Shown piece by piece: positions 43,560 through 53,406 of a stretch of DNA of 64,000 nucleotides. Positions within the stretch are counted from its first letter, which is position 1. Every line of letters starts with the position of its first letter. A model generated the notes under the pieces. It worked only from the letters and a program-made list of their open reading frames with translations. It was not told the origin of the DNA and ran no database searches. The stretch is from an uncultured Spirochaetales bacterium (GTDB taxonomy: Bacteria; Spirochaetota; Spirochaetia; DSM-27196; DATKUC01): positions 95,592-159,591 of the forward strand of contig CAZKMA010000001.1 of the NCBI GenBank assembly GCA_964553615.1. The letters run 5' to 3'. The position numbers were made by a program, and so were the translations under genes.

Positions 43560-44732
43560 ATGAATACAAGGAGTACTTCTGTGGATAAGACTGTATTGAA
43601 GAGGCTGAGCATCGGGCTCGCCGCACTGGCGGTTGTTTTTCTGCTCGGCGCATGTTCTGCAAAGAGTTCGAATCGGGTAACCGTGACAACCGCAGTGTCG
43701 GCCAGGGGAACTGTCGTGAAGAGCGTGAATCTTTCGGGAATTCTCGCCCCTGACCAGACGGTCAATATCTTTTCCGAGCTTGGAGGATACGCGACCAGGG
43801 TGACTGCCGCGGTAGGTGACCCGGTGAAGGCTGGTTCGCTGCTGGTTCAGATAGATGATCGCCAGCTTGAGGCGCAACTCGAGGTGGCTCGCGCCGCGGT
43901 GCAGGCGGTGGATGACCAGGCGGCGCAGGCGAAAATCGGGATTCAGACGGCGAAAGCGAATCTTGACCTGGCGCAAAAGTCCTATGCCCGAATTGACTCG
44001 CTTTTCAAGAGCCAGGCGGTTCCCCGGAACCAGATGGACGATGCCCGGAATAAGCTCGATCTGGCGCAGAGCGCATACGAAAACGCCCAGAAGCAGTATC
44101 AGCAACTCACAGGATCGAGTCTTGCCCAGGCAAAAGCCCGGGTGGACCTCATCCAGGTGCAGATCAGCAACAGCATCATCAGGAGCCCGCTCAGTGGTGT
44201 TGTAACGAACCGCAACGTCAACCCCGGGGAGATGGTCAGCATGGCCGCACCCGTCATGACGATTTCCGATACGTTCACGCTGAAACTGCAGGGTACCGTT
44301 GCGCAGGCTGAGGTACCGCTCATGCACATGGGACAGAAGGTCACGGTGACGGTGGACGGAATGCCGGATGTAACCTTCTCTGGCAGCATCATCCAGATCG
44401 GTCCAGTGGCAGCCTCGACCGGTCAGTATTTTCCGGTGGTCGTTAGTCTGAAGAACGACGGCAGGCTTCTTGCCGGCATGACTGCGATGGCCTCGTTCAA
44501 ATTGACCGGACCGGAGAGAGTGCTTCTCCCGCTGTCAGCAGTGAAGGCTGAAGGTGGTGAAAACTTCGTGTTTGAGGTCCGGAACGGCACCGTTCGGCGC
44601 GTTGCCGTTGAGCTCGGACTCGCGAACTCGACGCAGGTCTCAATTGTCCGCGGACTGGATGCAGGGGTTACGGTTGCAACAAGCAACCTCGGCACGCTCC
44701 AGGACGGCATGGCAGTGACGGTCGGGAACTGA
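43560..44732 (+). CDS. Periplasmic adaptor (membrane-fusion) lipoprotein with a full coiled-coil hairpin
   Basis: Lipobox LAVVFLLGAC|SA. A lipoyl domain, an ~95-aa heptad-rich hairpin (LEAQLEVARAAV...AKARVDLIQVQISN), then beta-barrel and MP domains. Confidence 0.85.
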   Translation: MNTRSTSVDKTVLKRLSIGLAALAVVFLLGACSAKSSNRVTVTTAVSARGTVVKSVNLSGILAPDQTVNIFSELGGYATRVTAAVGDPVKAGSLLVQIDDRQLEAQLEVARAAVQAVDDQAAQAKIGIQTAKANLDLAQKSYARIDSLFKSQAVPRNQMDDARNKLDLAQSAYENAQKQYQQLTGSSLAQAKARVDLIQVQISNSIIRSPLSGVVTNRNVNPGEMVSMAAPVMTISDTFTLKLQGTVAQAEVPLMHMGQKVTVTVDGMPDVTFSGSIIQIGPVAASTGQYFPVVVSLKNDGRLLAGMTAMASFKLTGPERVLLPLSAVKAEGGENFVFEVRNGTVRRVAVELGLANSTQVSIVRGLDAGVTVATSNLGTLQDGMAVTVGN

Positions 44733-44744
44733 AGAGGGGTCGGA

Positions 44745-46169
44745 ATGCGAAAGCAACAATTTCTCCGGAGCAGTGGTGTTCGGTTTGCCTTTCTCATGAC
44801 GCTGGTCTCGGCGTTCCTGTCCGGGCCGATTTACGCACAAGGTGCACCAAAGAGTCTGACAATAGAGCAGGCGGTATCCGCATCGCTTCAACACAGTAAC
44901 GGCATTGAAGGTGCCCTGGCCGACTGGCACAGCGCACAGGAGAAGGCGGCGGAGGCCAGGCTTCAACAGTTGCCGTCCGTTAAGCTCTCCGGTTCCTATA
45001 TGCGTCTGAGCAAGGTTCCCGGCTCCAGCATCCCCCTCGGACCGACGACGACTCTAACCCTCCCGGCGTCGCCCGAGAATGCATTCAATTTCGCCGTTGA
45101 TTTGCAGTACCCGATATTCGCCGGGTTCAGGCTGAAGGAGGCGGTGAAGCTTGCCGAGCTTCAGTCGGCGGGGAAGAAGATCGGGGTGCAGATTGTGCGC
45201 CAGGCACTGCGCTTCGAGGTGCGCAGAGCGTACTGGGAGGCAGTGCGCGCATCCGCGGCCGTCAGTACTATGAAGAAGAATCTCGATCTTGTCGGCGTTA
45301 TGCGAAAAGAGGTGGAGGACGAGGTTACCCAGGGTCTTGCAACTCAGTCCGATTTGCTTCAGGCGGAAGACCGGTACAATCAGGCTCAGCTGATGCTGAC
45401 GGATGCCATATCCGGGAGGAACAAGGCACTCCTTGCACTTTCGTCGTTCATGGGAGACGATTCGGTCGGCGCGCTCATTGCGGGCGGCGCATCGGCCGGC
45501 TTCTCGCTGGACGCGAAACCGGTTTACGATCTCTCGACGAAGGCCTCCGGAGTGCAGTTCCCGAAACTCGAAGCTCCGATAGATCCGCAGAAGCTCCTCT
45601 CCGATGCACTCTCGAATAGGCCGGAGACACAAACGGCAACGGTAGGGGTGGAGAGTGCGCGGCATGCAAAAATGATGAGTCAGGCAGGACTTTTCCCGAC
45701 TCTCGCGCTTATCGGTAACTACACCTATGCGGATCCAAACCAGCGAATTTTCCCAACGGTAGACGGATTCAAAGGCACCTGGAATGTCGGGGTGGCATTG
45801 AGCTTCGATGTCGGGAAGCTTCCGGCAAACGTAGCAGGCTCCACCGCTTCAGCAGATGCGCTGAAAAAGGCCGAAGCGCAGGCGGCACAGGCCAGGGAGT
45901 CCGTGGTGCTGGATGTGCGTACAACCCTGCTTTCGTACGAGCAGGCGAAGCAGGACCTTGGAATGACGAAGGGTATGGTGACCCAGGCGACCGAGAGCCT
46001 GCGCGTAACCAGACAGAAGTACGAGAACGGTCTTGCCAAGCACTCGGACGTCCTCCAGGCAGAGGTTTCACTCCTGCGCGCGCAGTACGGGGTCATCAAC
46101 AAAGAGGTGGATGTTCGCATTGCAGCCGCAGATCTTGCCCGGGCAAGCGCGCTCGATCTGATGCAGTGA
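44745..46169 (+). CDS. TolC-family outer-membrane efflux channel
   Basis: 474 aa with a signal peptide and two OEP repeats (LTIEQAVSASLQHSNGI...; RPETQTATVGVESARHAKMMSQAGLFPTLAL...). Confidence 0.88.
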   Translation: MRKQQFLRSSGVRFAFLMTLVSAFLSGPIYAQGAPKSLTIEQAVSASLQHSNGIEGALADWHSAQEKAAEARLQQLPSVKLSGSYMRLSKVPGSSIPLGPTTTLTLPASPENAFNFAVDLQYPIFAGFRLKEAVKLAELQSAGKKIGVQIVRQALRFEVRRAYWEAVRASAAVSTMKKNLDLVGVMRKEVEDEVTQGLATQSDLLQAEDRYNQAQLMLTDAISGRNKALLALSSFMGDDSVGALIAGGASAGFSLDAKPVYDLSTKASGVQFPKLEAPIDPQKLLSDALSNRPETQTATVGVESARHAKMMSQAGLFPTLALIGNYTYADPNQRIFPTVDGFKGTWNVGVALSFDVGKLPANVAGSTASADALKKAEAQAAQARESVVLDVRTTLLSYEQAKQDLGMTKGMVTQATESLRVTRQKYENGLAKHSDVLQAEVSLLRAQYGVINKEVDVRIAAADLARASALDLMQ

Positions 46170-46199
46170 CATACTCGACACGTTTTCCGCGTTCGCTGC

Positions 46200-46973
46200 C
46201 TAACGATATGGGATATCGCCCCGTTTCGCGGAATCCAGAGAAACGAGCAGATCTGCTACTTCCTCACAAATGGCATTGAAGTAGACCTTTCCCTTCTCCG
46301 CGGTAGCTGCGGCAGGATCCCCGCTCCCGGTATCCGGATGGATTGCCGACCAGGGTCGGGGGGTCCAGACTCCCGGTGCGGTGAGTCCGGGGATTTCGAA
46401 CGGTAATCGCTCACCCTTACCGGCCGCAGAAATATCGACGGAGTCGGGGCGCAGATGCATAACCAACGACGTCTCCATTTCGTCGGCATGATCGCCTGGA
46501 GCATCGAAGACGGAAGATCGGGTTTCCGGTATGAGCTGGTAGAAATTGACGACGACGCACAGGATGGCATTCGAATGCATCAGATCTCGTACGAGCGGTT
46601 TGAACTCATTGCCGCCGTGTGAATTGAGAATTACCAGGCGATCTATGTGCTGCGACAGGAGGGATTGAGCCACGTCTTCGAGGATGGCCGCAGCGGTTCC
46701 GGTAGAGAAGCTGATAGTTGCCACCTGATCCATCTGCTGTGCATTGTTCCCGTACGGGATAGTTGGCAGGACAATCGGTAATGCTCCGCGCGCGAAGGCA
46801 ATCTCGGCGGAGTGCTCTGCAATTTCGGTTGCCTCGAGGATGTCGGTTCCGTGTGGAAGATGCAGGTTGTGGGCCTCGGTTGCCCCCCATGGCAGCACAG
46901 CCACGCGCGGTTTCCGATTCTTCAGTTGTCCGTAGGTTGCCTCATACAGCACGTATGGTCGATTCTTTCGCAT
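46200..46973 (-). CDS. Creatininase-family amidohydrolase
   Basis: VAVLPWGATEAHNLHLPHGTD...ILNSHGGN are the family metal-site motifs. Confidence 0.8.
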   Translation of the reverse strand: MRKNRPYVLYEATYGQLKNRKPRVAVLPWGATEAHNLHLPHGTDILEATEIAEHSAEIAFARGALPIVLPTIPYGNNAQQMDQVATISFSTGTAAAILEDVAQSLLSQHIDRLVILNSHGGNEFKPLVRDLMHSNAILCVVVNFYQLIPETRSSVFDAPGDHADEMETSLVMHLRPDSVDISAAGKGERLPFEIPGLTAPGVWTPRPWSAIHPDTGSGDPAAATAEKGKVYFNAICEEVADLLVSLDSAKRGDIPYR

Positions 46974-46979
46974 ATGGAA

Positions 46980-47579
46980 TCATACCACACCGAGGATTCG
47001 TTGGAGACCCTCCTTCACCCCTGTCCATTCCGCGGCAACGAGGCTGTACATGACCGTGTCTCGAACATAGCCGTCCGGCAGGATTCGGTGTTTTCGGAGT
47101 ACACCTTCTTTTCGAAACCCGATTCTTTCAATGGCGCGCTGTGATACAAGATTCCGACTGTCGGTCTTGATCTGAACGCGAACCGCACCCAGCGACTCGA
47201 ATGCATACCGAAGCAGCAGATACTTGCATTCGGTATTGATCCGGGTTCTGCGGGCATCCGCGGCGAGCCAGGTCCAGCCTATCTCGAGGTTTCGGTGCTG
47301 CGGTGAAATATCGAGATAGCGCGTGCTGCCGACGATGCGATTCCGCTCCGGATCGAAGATGGCAAACGGAAACTCGGTTCCTGCCAGTTTGGCGGCAAGA
47401 GCGTGTTCTACGACCAGACCCATGTCCGCCAATGATCCAATGCTGACCGGCATGTAGGTAAAGGTCCCCGGATCCAGCGCGGTCTGATACAGGCCGGCAA
47501 CATCCGATGGTTTCATGGGCGAGAGTACTGTTCGGCAGTTCCTGTCTTCGAGCCTGAGCGATTCGGGAATCCATCCCAT
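46980..47579 (-). CDS. GNAT-family N-acetyltransferase (RimJ/RimL-like)
   Basis: YLLLRYAFESLGAVRVQIKTDSRNLVSQRAIERIGFRKEGVLRKH is the acetyl-CoA-binding core. Confidence 0.85.
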   Translation of the reverse strand: MGWIPESLRLEDRNCRTVLSPMKPSDVAGLYQTALDPGTFTYMPVSIGSLADMGLVVEHALAAKLAGTEFPFAIFDPERNRIVGSTRYLDISPQHRNLEIGWTWLAADARRTRINTECKYLLLRYAFESLGAVRVQIKTDSRNLVSQRAIERIGFRKEGVLRKHRILPDGYVRDTVMYSLVAAEWTGVKEGLQRILGVV

Positions 47580-47590
47580 TGTATTTGCTC

Positions 47591-48202
47591 CTACGGCAGC
47601 TCGTCTTTCAATCGAGAGTAGACGTAACCCTGGGCGGAGACGATGAAACTCATGGCGAATGCTACAAATACAATGACGACGAGTGTAGAGAGAAACCTGG
47701 AGATCAATCCGAAGACAAGACCAAGGACCAGGGCTCCCACGGCCGTGATGAGCCCAATGACAATGAATGCCCAGAAGATGGCAGCTTTCTTGCCGTGGGT
47801 GACCGAATTGCTTCGGGTTATTGCCTCCATCGGGCCCATTTCAGCGTCCACTGCAAAGAGCGGTGCAAGCATCCACGCAATACTCAGCACAATACCGGGA
47901 ACAAAAAAGAGAGCCAATCCGACGCTGGTGCCGGCGCTTACAAGACCGGTCACCAGAAAATAGCTGCTCATCTGTTTCCGGTACACGGGATCAAAAATCT
48001 CGGTGAACGATATCTGCTCTTCCCGGCTCGATTTGGCAACAATGCCGACGAATAGTCCAATGGTTGTGCCGATGTTCAGATATGGAATCCAGAATGTCAG
48101 AATCCAGAGCAGAAAGTTGACGGCAATGGAAGCAATGTTCTTGAGCCCATGGGAAAGCCCGTAACTGATAATCTCGCCCGTTCGCAAGTCACTCATGTAC
48201 AC
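47591..48202 (-). CDS. Hypothetical membrane protein (about 5 TM segments)
   Basis: 203 aa and hydrophobic. I can assign no family with confidence. Confidence 0.55.
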   Translation of the reverse strand: MYMSDLRTGEIISYGLSHGLKNIASIAVNFLLWILTFWIPYLNIGTTIGLFVGIVAKSSREEQISFTEIFDPVYRKQMSSYFLVTGLVSAGTSVGLALFFVPGIVLSIAWMLAPLFAVDAEMGPMEAITRSNSVTHGKKAAIFWAFIVIGLITAVGALVLGLVFGLISRFLSTLVVIVFVAFAMSFIVSAQGYVYSRLKDELP

Positions 48203-48325
48203 CCTCCTGTAATGTGAATGATGTAAAGCAGACGCTGCAGGTCAGTTATTATACCCTGAGTGTGCTACGGAGCAAATGATTTTTTTCAGTATGTCGGGAA
48301 CAGTCACCGGGGAAATTGAGTCCTG

Positions 48326-48769
48326 TCAGGCACGCCCCCCGGTAATGTAGTGCTCAAGTTGCTCGATAATGAATTCCTGATTCGAAATGATGGACTTTAC
48401 GACATCTCCAATAGAGACGAGGCCGAGGAGCTCCCCGTTCTCGATGACCGGCACGTGTCGAATGCGTTCTCGTGTCATGATTGCCATGCATTCGTTTATC
48501 TTCTCGCCGGGTTCCACATAGAAGACACGACTTGTCATTATGCTTGATACAGTAATGTCATGAGAGGACTTGCCGAGAAGGGCTACCTTACGTGCGTAAT
48601 CACGTTCGGAGAATATTCCCTGTAGCTCTTCCTGGCTGTCAATTACCAGTACTGCGCCGATATTCTTCTCCGCCATCAACTTCAGTGCATCGTATACGAT
48701 TGTTTCCGGAGTCACCGACCAGACCTGATTGCCTTTGCTATCGAGGAGTTCTTTGATGGTGTCGAGCAT
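48326..48769 (-). CDS. CBS-pair domain protein
   Basis: Trimmed to MLDTIKELL (GGAGG SD). There are two CBS motifs (NIGAVLVIDSQEELQGIFSERD; IRHVPVIENGELLGLVSIGD). Confidence 0.85.
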   Translation of the reverse strand: MLDTIKELLDSKGNQVWSVTPETIVYDALKLMAEKNIGAVLVIDSQEELQGIFSERDYARKVALLGKSSHDITVSSIMTSRVFYVEPGEKINECMAIMTRERIRHVPVIENGELLGLVSIGDVVKSIISNQEFIIEQLEHYITGGRA

Positions 48770-48902
48770 GCTACGCCTCCAGACCACAGTATACACCACA
48801 TCATTGGGGCCGGCAAAGAAAACGTATTGAATTGATAAGGTTCTGCGGTGAGTTGATCTTCCGGGATTCTGTTCGTATGCTGTGAGGAGAATCGAGGAAA
48901 AT

Positions 48903-49703
48903 ATGGAAGATTCCCAGAAGAAAACCGACGGTTATCTGGATCCCACGATAGCGGGGCGCAAGGTTTTTTTCCTCTATCCGCACAGCGTGCTCCAGGAGCA
49001 GCTCATGGAGCTTATCTTTCAAGCCGGGTATGAGGTGTACCTGCTTCGTGAACACACGAAGGTGAAACGTTTGCTCTCCCGCTATCCTGGTTCAATACTC
49101 TTCATTAACATTGACGAGCGTATCCGGGATACGTCCTGGGAAGTATACGTGCGGCAGTTCACGGGGCCGGAAAACACGTACGATATCCGGGTGGGCATAC
49201 TCTCCTATAACGATGATCCCCAACTTGCGCGGCGCTACATCATGGAGATGTCGGTGCAGTGCGGATTCATACGGCTGAAGCTTTCGCTTGCAGAGAGCGC
49301 AAAAATACTTTTGTCCGTGCTTGAGGCGAATGAGGCCCGCGGCACGCGGAAGTTCGTTCGTCTTGCCGTGCCCGAGGACAAGCACATCACGTTCAACGTA
49401 CGGCGCGATCATGCATTTGTTTCAGGGCGGATACTCGACCTGAGCGTTGCGGGAATGGCAGCCGCGTTTGTTGACGAGCAGGACTTACATCCGGGAGACA
49501 CTGTTGAAGATATTCAGCTCAACCTGAGGGGATCCATTGTCCGGGTTGCCGGGAAAATTGCCGGCACGCGAAAGTCCGGTGACAGATTGATCCACGTCAT
49601 TCTGTTCGAAATCGATGACGCGGGGGAATCCCGGAGAAAGCTCCGCACGTTCATTTATGCGTCACTTCAGGCACAGATGGATAAGGTCCTCTCAGGACTG
49701 TGA
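48903..49703 (+). CDS. PilZ-domain c-di-GMP receptor with an N-terminal alpha/beta (receiver-like) domain
   Basis: Trimmed to ATG 48903. The PilZ signature is RKFVR (RxxxR) followed by DLSVAG (DxSxxG). Confidence 0.78.
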   Translation: MEDSQKKTDGYLDPTIAGRKVFFLYPHSVLQEQLMELIFQAGYEVYLLREHTKVKRLLSRYPGSILFINIDERIRDTSWEVYVRQFTGPENTYDIRVGILSYNDDPQLARRYIMEMSVQCGFIRLKLSLAESAKILLSVLEANEARGTRKFVRLAVPEDKHITFNVRRDHAFVSGRILDLSVAGMAAAFVDEQDLHPGDTVEDIQLNLRGSIVRVAGKIAGTRKSGDRLIHVILFEIDDAGESRRKLRTFIYASLQAQMDKVLSGL

Positions 49704-49727
49704 ACAGATGACGGTCCCGTCGGACCA

Positions 49728-50687
49728 TTACCCCCGTTTCTGGAATATTTCCGGATTGTTCAGAAGGTAGCGGACCGTGCTGCGGACTCCGTCTTCAATG
49801 CTTGTCCGCGGTTTCCATCCGAGCGCATTCAGACGGGCGGTATCCAGGTGGACAAAGGGACTATCTCCAATCCATCCTCTCTCCCCACCGGTGAACGAGT
49901 ACGAGACATTTGCAAGACCCATCTCTTCGCAGATGATATCGGCGACCCGCACAACGGGTATCCAGCTATCGTGGCCGAGGTTAAAGGTGTTTTTCCTGTC
50001 ACGGGAGTGTTCCAGTGCTGAGAAGATACCGCTTACCCCGTCTTTCACGTAGAGATAGGACTTCTTCTGCTTGCCGTCTCCGAGAATTTCGAGCTCGGTT
50101 GAGTTGGCGGAGAGTTTCTTGACGAAATCGTAGATGACGCCGTGGGAGTAGCGCTCACCGATCCACGAGACGAATCGAAATGAGAAGGTTCTGATTTCGT
50201 AGTATTCTGAATACGCCTGAATGTACGCCTCCCCGGATGCCTTGCTCGCTCCGTACACCGAGGTCTGTACGAGTTCCGAGCTTTCCGGTGTTGGAAAGGT
50301 GTCCGGTTCACCGTACACAGTTGCGGAACTTGCGAAGGCAAGGGTCTTCCCACCGGTATGCTTTATCGCCTCGAGAACTGAATGTGTTCCCAGTACGTTC
50401 TGATGAAGGTCGATGAGGGTATTTTCCACGCCTCCACGGACGTCCGCGTTCGCTGCCAGGTGGAATACCGTGTCGCAGCCCTCCATGGCCCGGGTAAGGC
50501 GGGCCGTTTCAAGAATATCGCCTTTGATGAACCTTACGCGGGAACCGAACTCCTTCAGGTGCTTTTCGAAACCCGAAGAGAGATTGTCGTAGACTGTGAC
50601 ATCCACTCCCTCGTTTACCAGGCGTTCCACGATGTGGCTGCCTATGAATCCGGCTCCTCCGGTTACCAGTGCTCGTGAGATATCCAA
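49728..50687 (-). CDS. NAD-dependent nucleotide-sugar epimerase/dehydratase (extended SDR)
   Basis: TGGAGFIGSH Rossmann motif and YGASKASGE (YxxxK). Confidence 0.88.
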   Translation of the reverse strand: MDISRALVTGGAGFIGSHIVERLVNEGVDVTVYDNLSSGFEKHLKEFGSRVRFIKGDILETARLTRAMEGCDTVFHLAANADVRGGVENTLIDLHQNVLGTHSVLEAIKHTGGKTLAFASSATVYGEPDTFPTPESSELVQTSVYGASKASGEAYIQAYSEYYEIRTFSFRFVSWIGERYSHGVIYDFVKKLSANSTELEILGDGKQKKSYLYVKDGVSGIFSALEHSRDRKNTFNLGHDSWIPVVRVADIICEEMGLANVSYSFTGGERGWIGDSPFVHLDTARLNALGWKPRTSIEDGVRSTVRYLLNNPEIFQKRG

Positions 50688-50690
50688 CTG

Positions 50691-51830
50691 CTACTCCTGA
50701 TCTTTCAGCTGTTCCAGAACAAAATCAACAATGTCTGCGCTGCCGTTTCGGTCGGTCACGCTTCGAAACGGTTGCAGTGTCTGCTGATAGAGCTTTTCAT
50801 CGCTTGCGAGTGTCTCGATACGTGCGGTAAGATCCGCGGGTCTCGGCGTATAGACGGCGAAACCTCGCTTGACCATATAGTCACGGTTATCCGCCTCATT
50901 CGGTGCTCCGAGACTGTTCACCAGAAGCGGCTTCCTGGTCTTTATTGACTCCATTGCAAAGCTCGTGCCGCATTTCCCCGACAGTACATCCGTAGCAGCA
51001 AACGCAGTTCGCAGATCGGGCAGAAAGCCCACCGGAACTATCTTTGCATACCCTTCCCGTGACGGATAGCGGCGGTGCAGCGATTCGAGCAGATCCGTGT
51101 TCTTTCCTGTCAGTACCAGGATCTGCGCGTTTTTGCCTCGCGCATAGTAGTGGTCGAGAAACGGGAACGCCCTGCCGAGACCCTCTCCGCCAAGGCTGAA
51201 CAGGACGGTAAACAGATCTTCAGTGAGCCCGAGAGAACGGCGGGATTCCGTACGGTCAGGAAGGTCTCCGAGAAGCTCATCCTGAACGACCAGTGAAATG
51301 ACCCGGATATTCTTCCGGGCTATACCGATATGCATGAGCGAGGCAAGCGCCTCCTCGGAGAGGCAGAAATACATGTCGGCACCGCATTTTATCTGTGGAT
51401 AGGCGCGGGCGAACTCCGAAAAAACATAGTAGATCGGGTATGTAAGTCCGGAGGCCGAACGAGCATGATCGAAAACGTGACCGCATCCCCAGTGGGTGGG
51501 CAGGACGAGATCCGGATGATATCCATCCAGGAACTGAAGTACGTGCGGCAGCGCCTCGCTCATGGCCCGACGACTCGCAATCTTGAACGCCCAGGGAACC
51601 ACGCTGTTCAACTTGAACAGGATTGTTTTCACCCAGTTCGGTTGGGCGAGAATCTTCAGCCAGGATCTGACATACAGATCGGTGAGCCGTTCGCCGGGCA
51701 GCTCGGCTCCGACATCCATGAGCCGCACCTCCCAGTCCGGGCGCCTGCGTTTGAACTCCGCTTCAATTGCCCGCGCAAACGAGATGTGTCCGAAACCGGC
51801 ATTGAAGTACGGGATGAGTACGCGTTTCAT
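50691..51830 (-). CDS. UgtP/MGDG-synthase-type (GT28) diacylglycerol glycosyltransferase
   Basis: KRVLIPYFNAGFGHISFARAI, LTGKNTDLLESL and TDVLSGKCGTSFAMESIKTRKPLLV...NEADNRDYMVKRGFAV are collinear with B. subtilis UgtP (KRVLILTANYGNGHVQVAKTL, VCGKNTALKESL, ITKPGGITLTEA...). Confidence 0.75.
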   Translation of the reverse strand: MKRVLIPYFNAGFGHISFARAIEAEFKRRRPDWEVRLMDVGAELPGERLTDLYVRSWLKILAQPNWVKTILFKLNSVVPWAFKIASRRAMSEALPHVLQFLDGYHPDLVLPTHWGCGHVFDHARSASGLTYPIYYVFSEFARAYPQIKCGADMYFCLSEEALASLMHIGIARKNIRVISLVVQDELLGDLPDRTESRRSLGLTEDLFTVLFSLGGEGLGRAFPFLDHYYARGKNAQILVLTGKNTDLLESLHRRYPSREGYAKIVPVGFLPDLRTAFAATDVLSGKCGTSFAMESIKTRKPLLVNSLGAPNEADNRDYMVKRGFAVYTPRPADLTARIETLASDEKLYQQTLQPFRSVTDRNGSADIVDFVLEQLKDQE

Positions 51831-51837
51831 TTCGCTG

Positions 51838-52407
51838 CTACACCCGGAGGGCGTCGGCGGTAAGGAGGTTTACCAGGTTATGGTTCAGAATCAGGTGCAA
51901 GTCTTCGGCAATTTGCATGTGATCGATTTTCAGACAGATATTGTGCTGTGCAGTCTGTTGCAGCTTACCGGTCTTATAGCCGGTGATACCGATCGTGATT
52001 CCGTCGTTCCTGTTCGCATATTCGACAGCCTTCAGGATGTTCGGCGAGTTCCCGCTGCCCGACAGCCCAATGACTACATCCCCCGGACGCAATGCGTTCT
52101 TGAGCTGCTCCACGAAGATGTCATCGTATGAAACGTCGTTCGCGAATGCGAGAAGGGTAGAACTGTTGTCCGACAACGCAAAGGCGTTGTAGCGGCGCGA
52201 GTAGCCGTAGCTCGCCCCCTTGCCGAGATCGCACGCCATGTGGCTTGCCATTGCTGCGGATCCGCCGTTGCCGCACACATATATCGCGGCCCGTCTTTCT
52301 CCGGCTTCGCGGATGACTTCGGCCACGTGGATGAGTTCATCCCGGGACACCGAATCCAGCGTCTTCTTCAGCTCCTCGAAGTACTCATCGATGATCTTTC
52401 TGTCCAT
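51838..52407 (-). CDS. gmhA: Sedoheptulose-7-phosphate isomerase (SIS domain)
   Basis: IYVCGNGGSAAMASHMACDL...GDVVIGLSGSGNSPNI is the GmhA pattern. Confidence 0.85.
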   Translation of the reverse strand: MDRKIIDEYFEELKKTLDSVSRDELIHVAEVIREAGERRAAIYVCGNGGSAAMASHMACDLGKGASYGYSRRYNAFALSDNSSTLLAFANDVSYDDIFVEQLKNALRPGDVVIGLSGSGNSPNILKAVEYANRNDGITIGITGYKTGKLQQTAQHNICLKIDHMQIAEDLHLILNHNLVNLLTADALRV

Positions 52408-52428
52408 TTTCCTGTCTCCTCTTTCTGA

Positions 52429-53406
52429 TCAGTGACTGTAGACAACGACCGACCCGGCGTGATCGAACCGGAACTGCAGCTCGCGAAGGTCCGAAAGCGC
52501 ATGTCGGACGCGTTCCCGGCTGTGGGACGGCACGTAAAACAGAAGGAAACCGCCGCCTCCCGCTCCGAGCAGCTTCCCGCCGGTTGCGCCTGATGATATG
52601 GCAAGGTCGTGATAGTGGTCTATTTTCGGGTTACTGACACCCGAGGCAAGTTCCTTTTTATAGTGCCAGGATGCGTGAAGTATCTCTCCCAGTGCGTCTA
52701 TGTTCTGCTGCTCGAGTTCGCGCCGGAGATCCAGGGCGAGTCCGGTCATCTTCCGCAATCCGGCACGCTTGTCCGCCTGTTTCTCCAGGTTCGATTTCTG
52801 TTCGGCGAGGATGCCTCCGGCCGAGCGCACATCTCCGGTATAGAAGACGAGCAGGTTTTCCTGGAGTTGCTCCCGATGCGCTATATCCATCGTGACAGGT
52901 TCAACGATGACCTCTTCGTCCGGAGAGAAGGTTATGAAGTTCAGCCCGCCGTACGCCGCGGCGTACTGGTCCTGTTTGCCGATTGGTTCGTTGAGCCGTC
53001 CAATTTCCACTTCTGACGCTGTCGCGGCAAGATACTCTTTTCCGGCGAAACGCCCGGCGTATGCACAGAGTGCGTGTACGAGCCCGACCGTGAACGTGCT
53101 GGATGAACCGAGCCCCGTTCCCGCGGGAATATCTGCAACGCTCGAAATATCCACGCCCGAGACATTGAACATCGAAAGCACCTCTCGAAGAATAGGGTGC
53201 TTGATGTCCCGTATATTCTCCACCAGCTCAGTCTCCGAATATTTCAGGAGCGTCTGTTCGGCGTAGAAGTAGGGGTGGATGGAGATATACATGTACTGGT
53301 TGATGGAAGTGGAAAGCACCATTCCCGGTTCATGCTGGTAGTAGGCACGCAGGTCGCTGCCGCCTCCGGCGAAGCTGATGCGAAACGGTGTTCTGCATAC
53401 AATCAT
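52429..53406 (-). CDS. hddA: GHMP sugar kinase, D-glycero-alpha-D-manno-heptose-7-phosphate kinase type
   Basis: RTPFRISFAGGGSDL at the N-terminus and the PAGTGLGSSSTFTVGL GHMP motif, in a gmhA/hddC context. Confidence 0.8.
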   Translation of the reverse strand: MIVCRTPFRISFAGGGSDLRAYYQHEPGMVLSTSINQYMYISIHPYFYAEQTLLKYSETELVENIRDIKHPILREVLSMFNVSGVDISSVADIPAGTGLGSSSTFTVGLVHALCAYAGRFAGKEYLAATASEVEIGRLNEPIGKQDQYAAAYGGLNFITFSPDEEVIVEPVTMDIAHREQLQENLLVFYTGDVRSAGGILAEQKSNLEKQADKRAGLRKMTGLALDLRRELEQQNIDALGEILHASWHYKKELASGVSNPKIDHYHDLAISSGATGGKLLGAGGGGFLLFYVPSHSRERVRHALSDLRELQFRFDHAGSVVVYSH

